DNA of 64,000 nucleotides from positions 1 to 64,000 of the IMG/VR virus record IMGVR_UViG_3300031994_000057; one strand, given 5' to 3'. The DNA comes from a virus. Lineage: Duplodnaviria; Caudoviricetes. Below, piece by piece: positions 10,408 to 20,358 of this stretch. How positions within the stretch are numbered: position 1 is the stretch's first letter; every line of letters starts with the position of its first letter. The translations under genes were made by a program, and so were the position numbers. Below the pieces are notes generated by a model. It was not told the origin of the DNA. It did not search any database and saw only the letters and a list, made by a program, of their open reading frames with translations.

Positions 10408-10542
10408 TTATTTAGTAAGCTTCATAAGAAGCCAATACAATATTTTATGTATTGGCTTCTCATTGTGTATAAGATGGCGGTATATCAATATACCAATTTG
10501 GATATCAATATAACTCTTAATCAAAGAAATAATTCTTTTCAT
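10408..10542 (-). CDS. cassette B small protein, 44 aa (MKRIISLIKSYIDIQIGILIYRHLIHNEKPIHKILYWLLMKLTK)
   Basis: Hand-translated; AAAGGTGGTGAT RBS. Confidence 0.75.
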   Translation of the reverse strand: MKRIISLIKSYIDIQIGILIYRHLIHNEKPIHKILYWLLMKLTK

Positions 10543-10591
10543 AAGATGTATCACCACCTTTATGATTATATTTCTTCTCAACTTTATTCAT

Positions 10592-10624
10592 ATCTATAAT
10601 ATATAATTGAAATATTGAACTTTA
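10592..10624 (-). promoter_or_regulatory. early-type promoter of cassette B
   Basis: Same motif as at 10183-10214. Confidence 0.7.
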
Positions 10625-10639
10625 ACTAAAAAATAAAAG

Positions 10640-10666
10640 GTCTGTAGAGTATTATACTCTACAGAC
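10640..10666. terminator. bidirectional hairpin terminator
   Basis: gtctgtagagt-attat-actctacagac, flanked by A- and T-runs. Confidence 0.7.
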
Positions 10667-10672
10667 TTTCTT

Positions 10673-10912
10673 TTAGCATTTAAATCCACCAGTCATTTGA
10701 ACCGAAGTCACAGTATTATTAGGTTTCTTCAAACCTTTAATAGGAGCATTAGTAACAGAGGTAACCTTAGTCACTTTACATCTCTCTAACTCTGCTTTCT
10801 TATCTTTAAGCATGTCCTGAGCGATAAGTAACTGTTCTCCTCTGTATACTCCAGCAGCAATCTTTGATTCTAATTCTTTGATTTCTCTTTTGAGTTTATC
10901 AGCATTAGGCAT
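10673..10912 (-). CDS. small basic hypothetical protein
   Basis: AAGGAGG RBS, 79 aa. Confidence 0.75.
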   Translation of the reverse strand: MPNADKLKREIKELESKIAAGVYRGEQLLIAQDMLKDKKAELERCKVTKVTSVTNAPIKGLKKPNNTVTSVQMTGGFKC

Positions 10913-11459
10913 TGGAATATTCCTCCTTTATCTTATCAAATAACATATCTAAATCAATAGATATATTCTTTAAACCTTCAAAGGCATTTATCTTAATGTC
11001 ATAAAAACCATCGTCCATTAAATTTCCAATTTTTACAGTATGAATTATTTCATACTTTTCCTTAAGTTTATCATTGGATATCATATTCTTGATGATTTCT
11101 TTACCGCTAACAAAGTTAATCATAAGAAAGTTCTTACAACCTACGTAAGGGCTATAATAATCTTCATCTACAAGATAATCTGCTATATACTTTGGATATT
11201 TACTACTGATATATGTATTAATATCTCTATACATCTCTGCTTGTATAGCTAATTTATTATCAACTTCATCAATATGATCTGGATAAACCTGAATTACATC
11301 TATAAGACTCTCTAAAGGAAAATGATAATGATCATCAGAATTAATCACTCTTAAATCGTAAATATCATAAAATTTAGTAAATTGGAGATTAGATATAGCT
11401 TCCATTATATCACCATTACATATATCAGACATATTACGGATTAATAATAATATCTTCAT
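10905..11459 (-). CDS. hypothetical protein
   Basis: AAGGAGGAG RBS, 184 aa. Confidence 0.8.
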   Translation of the reverse strand: MKILLLIRNMSDICNGDIMEAISNLQFTKFYDIYDLRVINSDDHYHFPLESLIDVIQVYPDHIDEVDNKLAIQAEMYRDINTYISSKYPKYIADYLVDEDYYSPYVGCKNFLMINFVSGKEIIKNMISNDKLKEKYEIIHTVKIGNLMDDGFYDIKINAFEGLKNISIDLDMLFDKIKEEYSNA

Positions 11460-11470
11460 AATTCTCCTCC

Positions 11471-12190
11471 TTATCTATTAAAGAAATTCTTTCCTGATTT
11501 ACCTTTCGCTTTACCCCAATCATCATCGTCATAACTATTATATCTATCTATATTTCCATTTCCATTCATATCTACTATCCCTACATCATAAGGCATAGTC
11601 TTTATATAATTCGCCATATTTGCTCCGGCATTATATAAATCTGTATTAGCTATGAAATAATAGAATGATATAAAAGTATCTATAGTCATATCGACAAATC
11701 TATCCTTAGAATTAACTAGCATTCTAATTCCTTCTTTGTCTGTACCATCTTCATATCTCACTACTATAGGAGCAAAAGCAAGAAACATATAATCACTTAA
11801 CTTAAACTCCTGTATATCCCATTTACCTTTAATTTGTAGTTTGTTATTTTCATCAAAGAAAAATATTCTACTACTACCTACAAACCAAGGCATTATCTTA
11901 TTATCGATAAGCATCTTTAAAAGCCATACATCATTTGCTCTAAGGATAACACTATTTCTAAAATCCTTAATATCATTAATCATGAAATATGGTCTCAAAT
12001 CTCTCTTAATAGAATAACTATTCTTATTAAGATTAGACGATGTATAATGAAACTCTGAATGAAAGTTTCTAATACCTTTATCATTAGTCTTTCTATTTAA
12101 CTGCATACAAATAGAAAGAGTTATATCATTCGAAAAGTATAAAATAGTATCAGATATTTTATCAAAATCTGTAAATACTATATCTCCCAT
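11471..12190 (-). CDS. hypothetical protein
   Basis: 239-aa ORF in operon. Confidence 0.8.
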   Translation of the reverse strand: MGDIVFTDFDKISDTILYFSNDITLSICMQLNRKTNDKGIRNFHSEFHYTSSNLNKNSYSIKRDLRPYFMINDIKDFRNSVILRANDVWLLKMLIDNKIMPWFVGSSRIFFFDENNKLQIKGKWDIQEFKLSDYMFLAFAPIVVRYEDGTDKEGIRMLVNSKDRFVDMTIDTFISFYYFIANTDLYNAGANMANYIKTMPYDVGIVDMNGNGNIDRYNSYDDDDWGKAKGKSGKNFFNR

Positions 12191-12219
12191 AAATCCCAGC
12201 TTCCTTTCGTTTTATATAT

Positions 12220-12429
12220 CTACATACCAGCTTCTCTCATTCCTATTAAAGCATCTAACAAAGCCTGGTACTCATTTAATAATACAAATAATTCCTTCGG
12301 TGGATCTTTATCATTATCTGTATATTCAAATATTTTTTCTGTAATATCTTCAATCGCTACCGAAGCTCTAATCATATCTTCATTGATTAAATCTCTCATG
12401 ATAGTGCACTTTACACCACTTGTGTTCAT
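12220..12429 (-). CDS. hypothetical protein
   Basis: AAGGAG RBS, 69 aa. Confidence 0.7.
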   Translation of the reverse strand: MNTSGVKCTIMRDLINEDMIRASVAIEDITEKIFEYTDNDKDPPKELFVLLNEYQALLDALIGMREAGM

Positions 12430-12475
12430 ATTTATATAACTCCTTAATCAAGAGTTTAAAAGAATCTCTGAGGTA

Positions 12476-12772
12476 TTAAACCTCAGAGAATACTTTCTTA
12501 CTTAATACTGATGTAGTAAACGCTGTTGCAATAGAATCACAGTGATTCCTAAATGTCTTTAAAATATACATGTTTGTTTCATTCTCAAACTGGTCATAGT
12601 TATAAATGACACATCTAAACATCTCTGTGACTTTGTTATACTTTACAGTATAAGCTTCTTCCGAACCTGGTTTAATATTATCAGCAGACACTTCTTTAAT
12701 ATGTCTAACGACTCTGTTATTAATATTAACGAATACTGTGTGCTTATAAATAACCTTAGATTCATTTCCCAT
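12476..12772 (-). CDS. hypothetical protein
   Basis: GGGAGG RBS; AACA-N6-TA at 12799-12810. Confidence 0.75.
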   Translation of the reverse strand: MGNESKVIYKHTVFVNINNRVVRHIKEVSADNIKPGSEEAYTVKYNKVTEMFRCVIYNYDQFENETNMYILKTFRNHCDSIATAFTTSVLSKKVFSEV

Positions 12773-12829
12773 TTTACATTTCCTCCCAAAACACTGATTA
12801 CTTGAATGTTGGGGTGGTTGTAAAATATC

Positions 12830-13924
12830 TTATAATTTATAAATGTCTATAGGATTCAAACTAAAGTACTGGTCATTGATTAATTGAATAGCATTGTTAT
12901 CCTCTAAATCAATGAATGATAACTCTAATGGTTCAGATGAATCATTGTATATAATATCTTGATATAAAACATCTAATGCTTTATATCTACTCTCTACTAA
13001 TTGAAGAGGTAATCCTGTAATAAGAGATTCATCTGCACTAGTAAGCATATCTGGTGTGACTGTTATATCAGAGCCATTAGTAATAGAATTGATTATCTTG
13101 TTAGCCTTTGTAAAATTCACCAAAGCAGTGATTCCTCTATCAGGAAAACGATTTAGTGCTGCTAAGAGCACGTAATTACGGCTAGATATGCACACAGTAG
13201 ATTCATTTAAGACGAATTCATCTTTTTCCTGACAAATCATACGCCAAAAGCTAATTTGATGCTGAAAATGCGATTTTGGACATATTATCTCTGATATGTC
13301 TTCTCCCATAGCTTTCTTTGGTCTGATGTAAGCTACATCATCCAATATAGTTGTAAGTTGTATAGGATAGCTATCTGCTGATATAATAATACTAGGAACA
13401 TCTCTTCCATAAGATTTCTCTTTCTTAATAATATTATAGATAGCGACAGATGATTCAAATTCAGATTTAATAAAATATATCTGAGGAAGATATGGACACA
13501 TGATTTCTAATAACTGAATATTCTGTTCTACCATATCGTAGATAAGTTTATTATTTATCTTTTCTTTAAATATCTTATTATATCCAGCTACAAACTTACT
13601 ATTTATTTCTGGAATATTATATGAAGATACTAGGAATATATTTGTCTGTACTCCTAACTTCTTGAAGTAAGTTCTATAATGACCGCACATATTTATCAAT
13701 GTAGAAGTAAATACTGTATAGTCAGTTATATTAGTTACATAATGCCTGGAGAATATAGACTTATATATTCCATAGATATCTATGAATAAATCAATCTTAG
13801 TTGCAGATGATCCAGCAAATGCGTATTGAATCAGTTGATCCATTCTAGTATATTTGATGAAGTATCTAGTCATAAACATTTCTACCGGTATCGAAGCAGA
13901 TTCATTATTCTTCATCTTCATCAC
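12830..13924 (-). CDS. putative 5'-3' exonuclease / T4 RNase H-like (PIN/FEN fold)
   Basis: N-terminal LFIDIYG, acidic ESS and IIISADS segments; size fits, but the motifs are degenerate. Confidence 0.4.
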   Translation of the reverse strand: MMKMKNNESASIPVEMFMTRYFIKYTRMDQLIQYAFAGSSATKIDLFIDIYGIYKSIFSRHYVTNITDYTVFTSTLINMCGHYRTYFKKLGVQTNIFLVSSYNIPEINSKFVAGYNKIFKEKINNKLIYDMVEQNIQLLEIMCPYLPQIYFIKSEFESSVAIYNIIKKEKSYGRDVPSIIISADSYPIQLTTILDDVAYIRPKKAMGEDISEIICPKSHFQHQISFWRMICQEKDEFVLNESTVCISSRNYVLLAALNRFPDRGITALVNFTKANKIINSITNGSDITVTPDMLTSADESLITGLPLQLVESRYKALDVLYQDIIYNDSSEPLELSFIDLEDNNAIQLINDQYFSLNPIDIYKL

Positions 13925-14366
13925 TTTCCTTATTATCTTCTTCTGAGTAAGAAAGGAGCATATCTCTCATGTCGAAGTATTCACCAGAACTTGTATCTAT
14001 ATCATCATCTTTTTCAAGATTAGTAACAGACTCTTTAAAATCATCTCTCTTTATAAGAGATTTTAATACAAGCTTAGTTCTACCATAACCTTTATCGGTC
14101 ATAACTTCAACTAACTGGTTAGGTCCTTCTTCTGTCATGAATACAACACCTTTGTTTGCTCGTTCTGTTCCGTCCTTATCAATAAGCCATCTTCTTATCT
14201 CAAGACGTGCTTTAGCAGGATCAGGTTCATCTCCTTCTTTAATCCATTGCACGTAACGCAATGCTGTATATTGGTTACCCTTCTCTTCTACAATTTCATT
14301 TGTTCTATCTAAAAATATAAATGGTTTTATAGGTCTGTCATCAGATTTATTAAACATTATAATCAC
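13905..14366 (-). CDS. PC4/YdbC-like ssDNA-binding protein
   Basis: ALRYVQW...RLEIRRW...KGVVF resembles the PC4 fold; acidic tail. Confidence 0.5.
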   Translation of the reverse strand: MIIMFNKSDDRPIKPFIFLDRTNEIVEEKGNQYTALRYVQWIKEGDEPDPAKARLEIRRWLIDKDGTERANKGVVFMTEEGPNQLVEVMTDKGYGRTKLVLKSLIKRDDFKESVTNLEKDDDIDTSSGEYFDMRDMLLSYSEEDNKESDEDEE

Positions 14367-14434
14367 CTCATAATTAGAAAAAAATGATGTGCTGGACTCC
14401 TGCCCAGCACATCATATTGTTTACATCAGACAAA

Positions 14435-15166
14435 TTATCTGATAATGGAAAGTCCCTGATTGGTATTGAGACCGAACTGCTTAGCTAATCTATCAACTTC
14501 GCTACTGCTTACTCTCTCGATAGCAAGAAGGTAGTTGTTAGTAGCTGTAGGGCCAACGAATGAGAATGAAGGGATGGATCTGATTACTCTTACACCATAT
14601 ACCCACTCGTCATTGTCATTTCCATAAATAACCTCTGCAATCTTAGCAGGATCAAGATACTTAACCTGTGTAAACTGCTGAGGAATTGTGAAGTTCGAAT
14701 CAGCAACTTCAGACACCAGCTTTGCCCAGTTTACTTTACGAACATTGTCTTTTGTTGAGAAGAAATCATTGAATACGAAATCTTCAAGTCCCTGTCCCTG
14801 TTCTGTAAGATAATATCTATCTCCATTGATGAGACGGTTACTATAAGATCTTGTGGATCTTAAAGTAGAGTTAACTGCAGAAGCAGTTGTGTCTTCCTTG
14901 CTGCATGCAAAAGGAAGTCCCTTTTCTTCTACTCTGTGGTTGAAGAAAAGGTCGATTGCAGGACGATTGCTACCAGGAACAAAATCGAACATACAACCTT
15001 CATAGTCGGAATAAATGTTACTGAACAAAGCAGAAACGCGCTCACAGAGTTCAGTTGAAGTTACATACTCAGCATCCATGATTCTCTTCATGTCTTCATG
15101 CTCTGTTACGAGATCTGAAATTTTGAACTTCACTGTCTTGGCAGCGTCTTCGTTGATGTTTGACAT
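14435..15166 (-). CDS. hypothetical, probably highly expressed early protein
   Basis: AAGGAGG RBS; strong AAC/TTC/ATC/CGT codon bias; own promoter and terminator (gatgtgctgg/ccagcacatc, ~14385-14415). Confidence 0.85.
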   Translation of the reverse strand: MSNINEDAAKTVKFKISDLVTEHEDMKRIMDAEYVTSTELCERVSALFSNIYSDYEGCMFDFVPGSNRPAIDLFFNHRVEEKGLPFACSKEDTTASAVNSTLRSTRSYSNRLINGDRYYLTEQGQGLEDFVFNDFFSTKDNVRKVNWAKLVSEVADSNFTIPQQFTQVKYLDPAKIAEVIYGNDNDEWVYGVRVIRSIPSFSFVGPTATNNYLLAIERVSSSEVDRLAKQFGLNTNQGLSIIR

Positions 15167-15327
15167 AATTATGTCCTCCTTATAAATAAAAAATATTCTT
15201 CGAATAATTTTCGATTTGTTCCAGCAAGAGAATCATTAAGCTGGGATAGATTCTCTTACTGGATATGACTTTATTAAATATGACTGTGAATAATACTTAA
15301 TTCAGTCATACAAATCTCCAATCATTC

Positions 15328-15356
15328 ACTTATATAATATATAATCAAAATTATTT
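15328..15356 (-). promoter_or_regulatory. early-type promoter with ~165-nt structured 5' leader
   Basis: TTTTGATTATATATTATATAAG core; hairpins at 15221-15262 and 15281-15308. Confidence 0.55.
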
Positions 15357-16442
15357 TTGATTACTATATTTGTTGTAAAATTGAATTCTTAATTTATCGA
15401 TTGCTGAGAGTTTATTCTCTTCTTCGATTAAATCAGATTCTCTATGTTCTCCATCAAGAATATATGAGATAATATATGTAATATTAGTTGTATCTCTGAG
15501 TAAGACATAGTTGGTATTATTGAACTCAGCTAAGTCTATATCTACATCATACTTCATGATAATACATTTGTCCTGGATGTTTAATCTAAATGTCTTAGCT
15601 ATGAATGCTCTTAATTCAGCATTAGCATAAGATACTTCAAGACCATTTTCATCTTTAATATCTGTATAGTCAGATATATCGAAATCTACAGCAGATACAT
15701 TTCTCATAGTATCCATATCTGTCTGTACATTATTCTCAATAAGTAGGGTCTTTAAATCTCTACACCATCCATCATGAGATATTCTGTTATCTTTAGCAGA
15801 TACATAATTAGGATCAATAGTCTTCATATGAATCTGATATAATTTCTCTAATACTTTATCATATAAAGTAGTATCAATCATCTCTAATACATCATTTATG
15901 GTATCTGTTAAATAGAAGTGTACCATTGTAAAATTAAACACCTCATCACAAGCAGCCATCATATAATAAGGAATTTCAACAGGACAATTCTCTCTAGAAC
16001 AACATACTCCCGCTAACTCTTTTGTGTCACCACTAATGATACCATAGAAGAAGTCATTTACAGACTGCCTACAAATAGCATACGGCTCATTGATATTGAG
16101 TTTGATATCTACCAATCTATATAATGAGAAGATGACATCATAATTCATTAATGTTTTAATCTTATCATCCTGCATACCTACTTTAGCTACAGTAACAAAA
16201 CCAGTAGGTTCAAGAGGAGTATAACCAGATAACTCTTCAATACCGATTACCTTCTCTTCATTAGTATCACAATTCTTAATCTTTACTTTATTATCGTCTT
16301 TTATAATTTTAATAACTCTGACTAAATCAACCTCTTCTGAATCTTCTTTATTCTTAAAGAACTTATATCCTAAATATTTTGATAATTTCTGTTCTTCTGT
16401 AAAAGTTTTCTTATTAGATGTAAAATAATGTGTAGTGGCCAT
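15351..16442 (-). CDS. hypothetical protein
   Basis: 363-aa ORF with CACA-N6-TA upstream. Confidence 0.8.
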   Translation of the reverse strand: MATTHYFTSNKKTFTEEQKLSKYLGYKFFKNKEDSEEVDLVRVIKIIKDDNKVKIKNCDTNEEKVIGIEELSGYTPLEPTGFVTVAKVGMQDDKIKTLMNYDVIFSLYRLVDIKLNINEPYAICRQSVNDFFYGIISGDTKELAGVCCSRENCPVEIPYYMMAACDEVFNFTMVHFYLTDTINDVLEMIDTTLYDKVLEKLYQIHMKTIDPNYVSAKDNRISHDGWCRDLKTLLIENNVQTDMDTMRNVSAVDFDISDYTDIKDENGLEVSYANAELRAFIAKTFRLNIQDKCIIMKYDVDIDLAEFNNTNYVLLRDTTNITYIISYILDGEHRESDLIEEENKLSAIDKLRIQFYNKYSNQK

Positions 16443-16579
16443 AAAAGAACACCTCTCCTATATATTTATATTGTATATAAATGTGAATGATATTGTAAAA
16501 ATGCAAAATTATACCCAAGGAATACTAAGATTCCTCAGGCATAATTTGATTTTTAGGAATTTATGTGATTAATTTTATG

Positions 16580-18622
16580 TTATACTGTTTGTAAACCATC
16601 ATACTTGAAATCATAATTAGCAAGTCTATCTGCATAATACTTAGCAAAACCTTTGAGATTATGTAAATCAGGTTCACCTGCTTCTGCAATTAGATTCTTA
16701 TATAAGTCAAAATCAGAAGATAACTTATCTAAATATTCTTCAGCAAGTTTCTCATCATTCTCTTTCATATAAGTTGCTAATCCTCTATTCTCATATAATA
16801 ATACTTTAATAGAATCTATATCAGAATAAGAGCATTCCATCAACTCTTTATGATTTCTATAGCATAATTCCTTGATATTCTCAGGGTTAATCTCTATTAG
16901 CTTGCTATCAGGATTCATATATGCTCTCACTTCTCTAAGAATAGAATTAATTTCTTCATTATCTGTGCAAACTTCCAAGAATGATTCCATTACTTTTGTA
17001 TTCTTAGTATTGGATTTCATATTTTCCATAGTCGTAGCACATAATTTATCATAATCAAGAGCATCTACAATGAACTTAATCTTCTTGTCTATTTCCTTTT
17101 GCTTATAATTAGGAATTTTTCCTTCAAATAAAGCATAGATATTTATAGCATTCTCATCTGTCTTAGATAAATCACCAGGTGTAACTAAGTTAGATGCTTT
17201 ATTAGTGATATCTATTCCAGCAAGTTTAAGAATATAGTCTACAAACTGGCTACAAACCATTTGCATAGACTGATCATCTTTCTGAATATTAAATGCTATA
17301 TTAAAATAGTTCATCTTATCATACTTAGTATTAGCCTGATTTTTCTCATAGAATGCTAATTCTTCTTTAACCTTCTTCTTAATGTCTTTATCTACAAAGA
17401 AGCATAATACCAATAAGTCATTGATATTGAGACTTGAATATAAATCAAGAGATTCTATACGGAATCCGCCTTGTTTATTATTCTCATTCAACTCTTTAGC
17501 ACTAAATGTATAAATCTTATCAAGCTTACTATTAAGAGCAATACCAGCATGTGACCAATATGATTTAGTCCATTTCTTAATAATCTTTCCTAAAAGATTA
17601 TTAGATGAAGTAAAGGTTAAGAATAATGGTTCTAGCCTACTCTTATCCCCAGTAATACCAGCACCTTCTATCAATTGTTCTGTAGATAATGCTGTTGCAG
17701 GGGCTTCATCTCCAGGCACTTCATAATCAGTTAAATCGATAATATTAGTTTGCATATTATCATTATACCAATCGGTCTGTCTTTCTTTAGCATCCTTTAC
17801 AGACTTACCATTAATTCTTCGATAAGGAAACCAACCTAACTGAAGTATAGAATCTTCTAATTCTTTCTTCTTTTTCTTATCAGAAGTAGACTCTAATTGA
17901 TTCTGAAAATTCTCTATAAGAGTATAATATTTCTTAGGCTCACTTATATTGATATAATCTGATACTGTAATCTTCTTATCAGGGAATAAGCTACAATACT
18001 CTGTATATGTAAGTAATGGAACCATCTGAGGAATATCATTTGAATAATCAAATTTGGTGTTCTCTAATGATATTCTTTCATCACTACCTTCTAAGATATT
18101 CTCAATATTGATAAAAGCATTCTCTATTAAATCATAATCATATTCTGATTTAACACCATCCTCAGCATCAGATGAAACTGATAAACTTTTTACCTTCTTA
18201 TATGCTTCATCTACAGTTACACCCCATATTTTAAGAGAGAAACTATTAGAAATATTTTTAGCAAATTGAGGTAACTGTTGATATCTCTGATAAGCCACAT
18301 CTACTGAAAAAGGTTGACAATCTACTACAGGAATAATAACCACATTAATAGGATCATTATTCATAGCTATTCTAGTCTGCTCCATTTTTTGATTTAATAA
18401 AGTCATAGATAAATCATTATCTATAAATGTAGCTGCTTCATTTATCGTAGTAAGTTTAGCTTTCTGCTTTTCATATAACTGGATATTGGTTATTCCATAT
18501 CTAGCTAAACAGAGATCATTAGATACTCTCTTCTGATCATCTGTCAAGAGATTCCATTTATTAAAGTCTATCTCTAAATCATTTAAATTATCACAAATAT
18601 CCAAAACATTATCTGTAGTCAT
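16580..18622 (-). CDS. probable virion protein with permuted papain-like amidase (YiiX/YaeF, C92-type) domain
   Basis: KSYWSHAGIAL, then KYD, then VCSQFVDYILKLAGIDI..LVTPGDL: His precedes Cys, as in permuted NlpC/P60. Confidence 0.7.
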   Translation of the reverse strand: MTTDNVLDICDNLNDLEIDFNKWNLLTDDQKRVSNDLCLARYGITNIQLYEKQKAKLTTINEAATFIDNDLSMTLLNQKMEQTRIAMNNDPINVVIIPVVDCQPFSVDVAYQRYQQLPQFAKNISNSFSLKIWGVTVDEAYKKVKSLSVSSDAEDGVKSEYDYDLIENAFINIENILEGSDERISLENTKFDYSNDIPQMVPLLTYTEYCSLFPDKKITVSDYINISEPKKYYTLIENFQNQLESTSDKKKKKELEDSILQLGWFPYRRINGKSVKDAKERQTDWYNDNMQTNIIDLTDYEVPGDEAPATALSTEQLIEGAGITGDKSRLEPLFLTFTSSNNLLGKIIKKWTKSYWSHAGIALNSKLDKIYTFSAKELNENNKQGGFRIESLDLYSSLNINDLLVLCFFVDKDIKKKVKEELAFYEKNQANTKYDKMNYFNIAFNIQKDDQSMQMVCSQFVDYILKLAGIDITNKASNLVTPGDLSKTDENAINIYALFEGKIPNYKQKEIDKKIKFIVDALDYDKLCATTMENMKSNTKNTKVMESFLEVCTDNEEINSILREVRAYMNPDSKLIEINPENIKELCYRNHKELMECSYSDIDSIKVLLYENRGLATYMKENDEKLAEEYLDKLSSDFDLYKNLIAEAGEPDLHNLKGFAKYYADRLANYDFKYDGLQTV

Positions 18623-18624
18623 AT

Positions 18625-19839
18625 CTACTCTCCTTTTGTGATATTATTAGTTACATACTCTACTAATCTTTGTTGCATATGAGATTCATCTTCATATTCT
18701 ATAGCAGAATCTTCAAATATAATTTGATTATTAAGCATTAATCTATGCCCAAATACAGCTTCATATAAATCTGATTCAGATACTTCTTTATTTAAATTAG
18801 CTTCACAGAATTCTTTTACAGATTCTTTACAATTATCTACAAAATATGTATTATATTTACACTCTTTGAGATAATCTTTCTTTACCTTCTTAAGTTGTCC
18901 ATCTACTATAGTGTATAATGTATCAAACTTAGGCGAATCAGATACTCCTAAACTTGAATTTGGAAGAAATGCAGTATTTCTCATATGATTTACAATATAT
19001 ACACCACTATCACTAGCAGACATAGGAGGCAAAGCACCTGCTAATGCCCCAGCCATATTTTCATTCACATGAATTACCCTCTTTCCATCATACTCTTTAA
19101 GACTCATCTTCAAATCAGCAAATACAGCCATTAACTGACTAAAGTCTTTATTAGTTAATCTAATATAGTTATAGTTTGTCTCCTCTATAACGTATTTCTC
19201 TTTAGCTAACTTCTTCTTTCTATTCTCGTACATTTCTGGATTAGTATTAGGATTATTACCACCATCCTTAACTTCTATAATTAGATTATAAGGAATATAA
19301 TAGATATCAGTAATGTAATAATGAAGTTTGCCTTCAAACTCATATTGAAGAACAGGTCCAGGAACCATAATATCTTCAGACTTAATCTCTAATACTTTAT
19401 CCATAAATTCAAGTGTAGCCTTTTCATAAGAACCTACATAAGTAAACTCTTTACCATCAGACCACTTATACTTACCTGCTATCTTTCTAGCAGCAAGCAT
19501 CTTCTGTAATCCTTCTTTTGTTGCTGTAGGACGATTAGAGCCTTTCTTATCACCCATATCTTTATCCATCTTTTTAGCCCATGCTTCATGACATTCTTTC
19601 TTATTGCAGAGAAGATTATATCTTCCTTTCTTCTCATCCCAGTCACAAGGTTCTTTACAAACTCTACAAGGTTTCTTCCAATTTAAAGGATGCTTATTTA
19701 CTATATGAAATGTAACCTGAAGAGGTGTCATTCCTTCGGGAATCTCACTTAAATGCTTGGAAGAAATATGGTTTACTAATTTATCTTTTGTATCCCTTGC
19801 ATTACAATAAATGCAATTATACTTCTTGTCATAGGTCAT
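18625..19839 (-). CDS. Zn-finger plus TnsA/gp4-like PD-(D/E)xK nuclease
   Basis: CIYC..H..H and CRVC/CxxxxC motifs; YVGSYE..YITD..IIEVK; AACA-N6-TA at 19863-19874. Confidence 0.5.
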   Translation of the reverse strand: MTYDKKYNCIYCNARDTKDKLVNHISSKHLSEIPEGMTPLQVTFHIVNKHPLNWKKPCRVCKEPCDWDEKKGRYNLLCNKKECHEAWAKKMDKDMGDKKGSNRPTATKEGLQKMLAARKIAGKYKWSDGKEFTYVGSYEKATLEFMDKVLEIKSEDIMVPGPVLQYEFEGKLHYYITDIYYIPYNLIIEVKDGGNNPNTNPEMYENRKKKLAKEKYVIEETNYNYIRLTNKDFSQLMAVFADLKMSLKEYDGKRVIHVNENMAGALAGALPPMSASDSGVYIVNHMRNTAFLPNSSLGVSDSPKFDTLYTIVDGQLKKVKKDYLKECKYNTYFVDNCKESVKEFCEANLNKEVSESDLYEAVFGHRLMLNNQIIFEDSAIEYEDESHMQQRLVEYVTNNITKGE

Positions 19840-19959
19840 AATACTTAACCTCCTTAACTCATTATTAATGTGTTCGGGGTTATTAGAACTCTTATATAAA
19901 TAACATATTGTATATTTTTACAGTGAAAACTTTAATATAATTCTAGTGGAGGATTATTT

Positions 19960-20331
19960 ATGGCTATTAAAGAAAAAGAATACTGTATGGCTGTCGATAG
20001 CTTTAAAAAACCTGTAGTTTTTGAGCATGAACAAGCTATAGCAGTATTATTAACGAGATTAATCTTACTTAATCCTGGTTCAGATCCTCTACATCCTGAT
20101 ATGGGTGTTGGAATAACCAATTATCGATTCTTACTTGGTAAAGTTGAAGAACTTGAACAAAGAGTTCATGACCAAGTACAAACGTATTTACAATGTTTCA
20201 GTAGCCCTGAAGTAAAGATAGTAGTTACTGAAGATAAACTTTGTAATATTGAAATTAAAATTGATGAAGTCTTATATGTATATGACTCATCAGAAGCACC
20301 TGTTCCAATTACATTGGAAAGTGTAAAATAG
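19960..20331 (+). CDS. baseplate wedge protein, T4 gp25/gpW-like
   Basis: LLTRLILLNPGSDPLHPDMGVGI, 123 aa; AACT-N6-TA at 19928-19939. Confidence 0.65.
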   Translation: MAIKEKEYCMAVDSFKKPVVFEHEQAIAVLLTRLILLNPGSDPLHPDMGVGITNYRFLLGKVEELEQRVHDQVQTYLQCFSSPEVKIVVTEDKLCNIEIKIDEVLYVYDSSEAPVPITLESVK

Positions 20332-20358
20332 ATATATAATATTTAGGAGGGAAGATTA

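Noticed and set aside
9821-10630. CRISPR array or CRISPR-repeat mimic (Racr) interpretation of the repeats
   Set aside because: Repeats are inverted within ~400-bp units that contain ORFs; there is no 25-40 nt repeat/spacer periodicity, no cas gene, and no resemblance to repeats I recognise.
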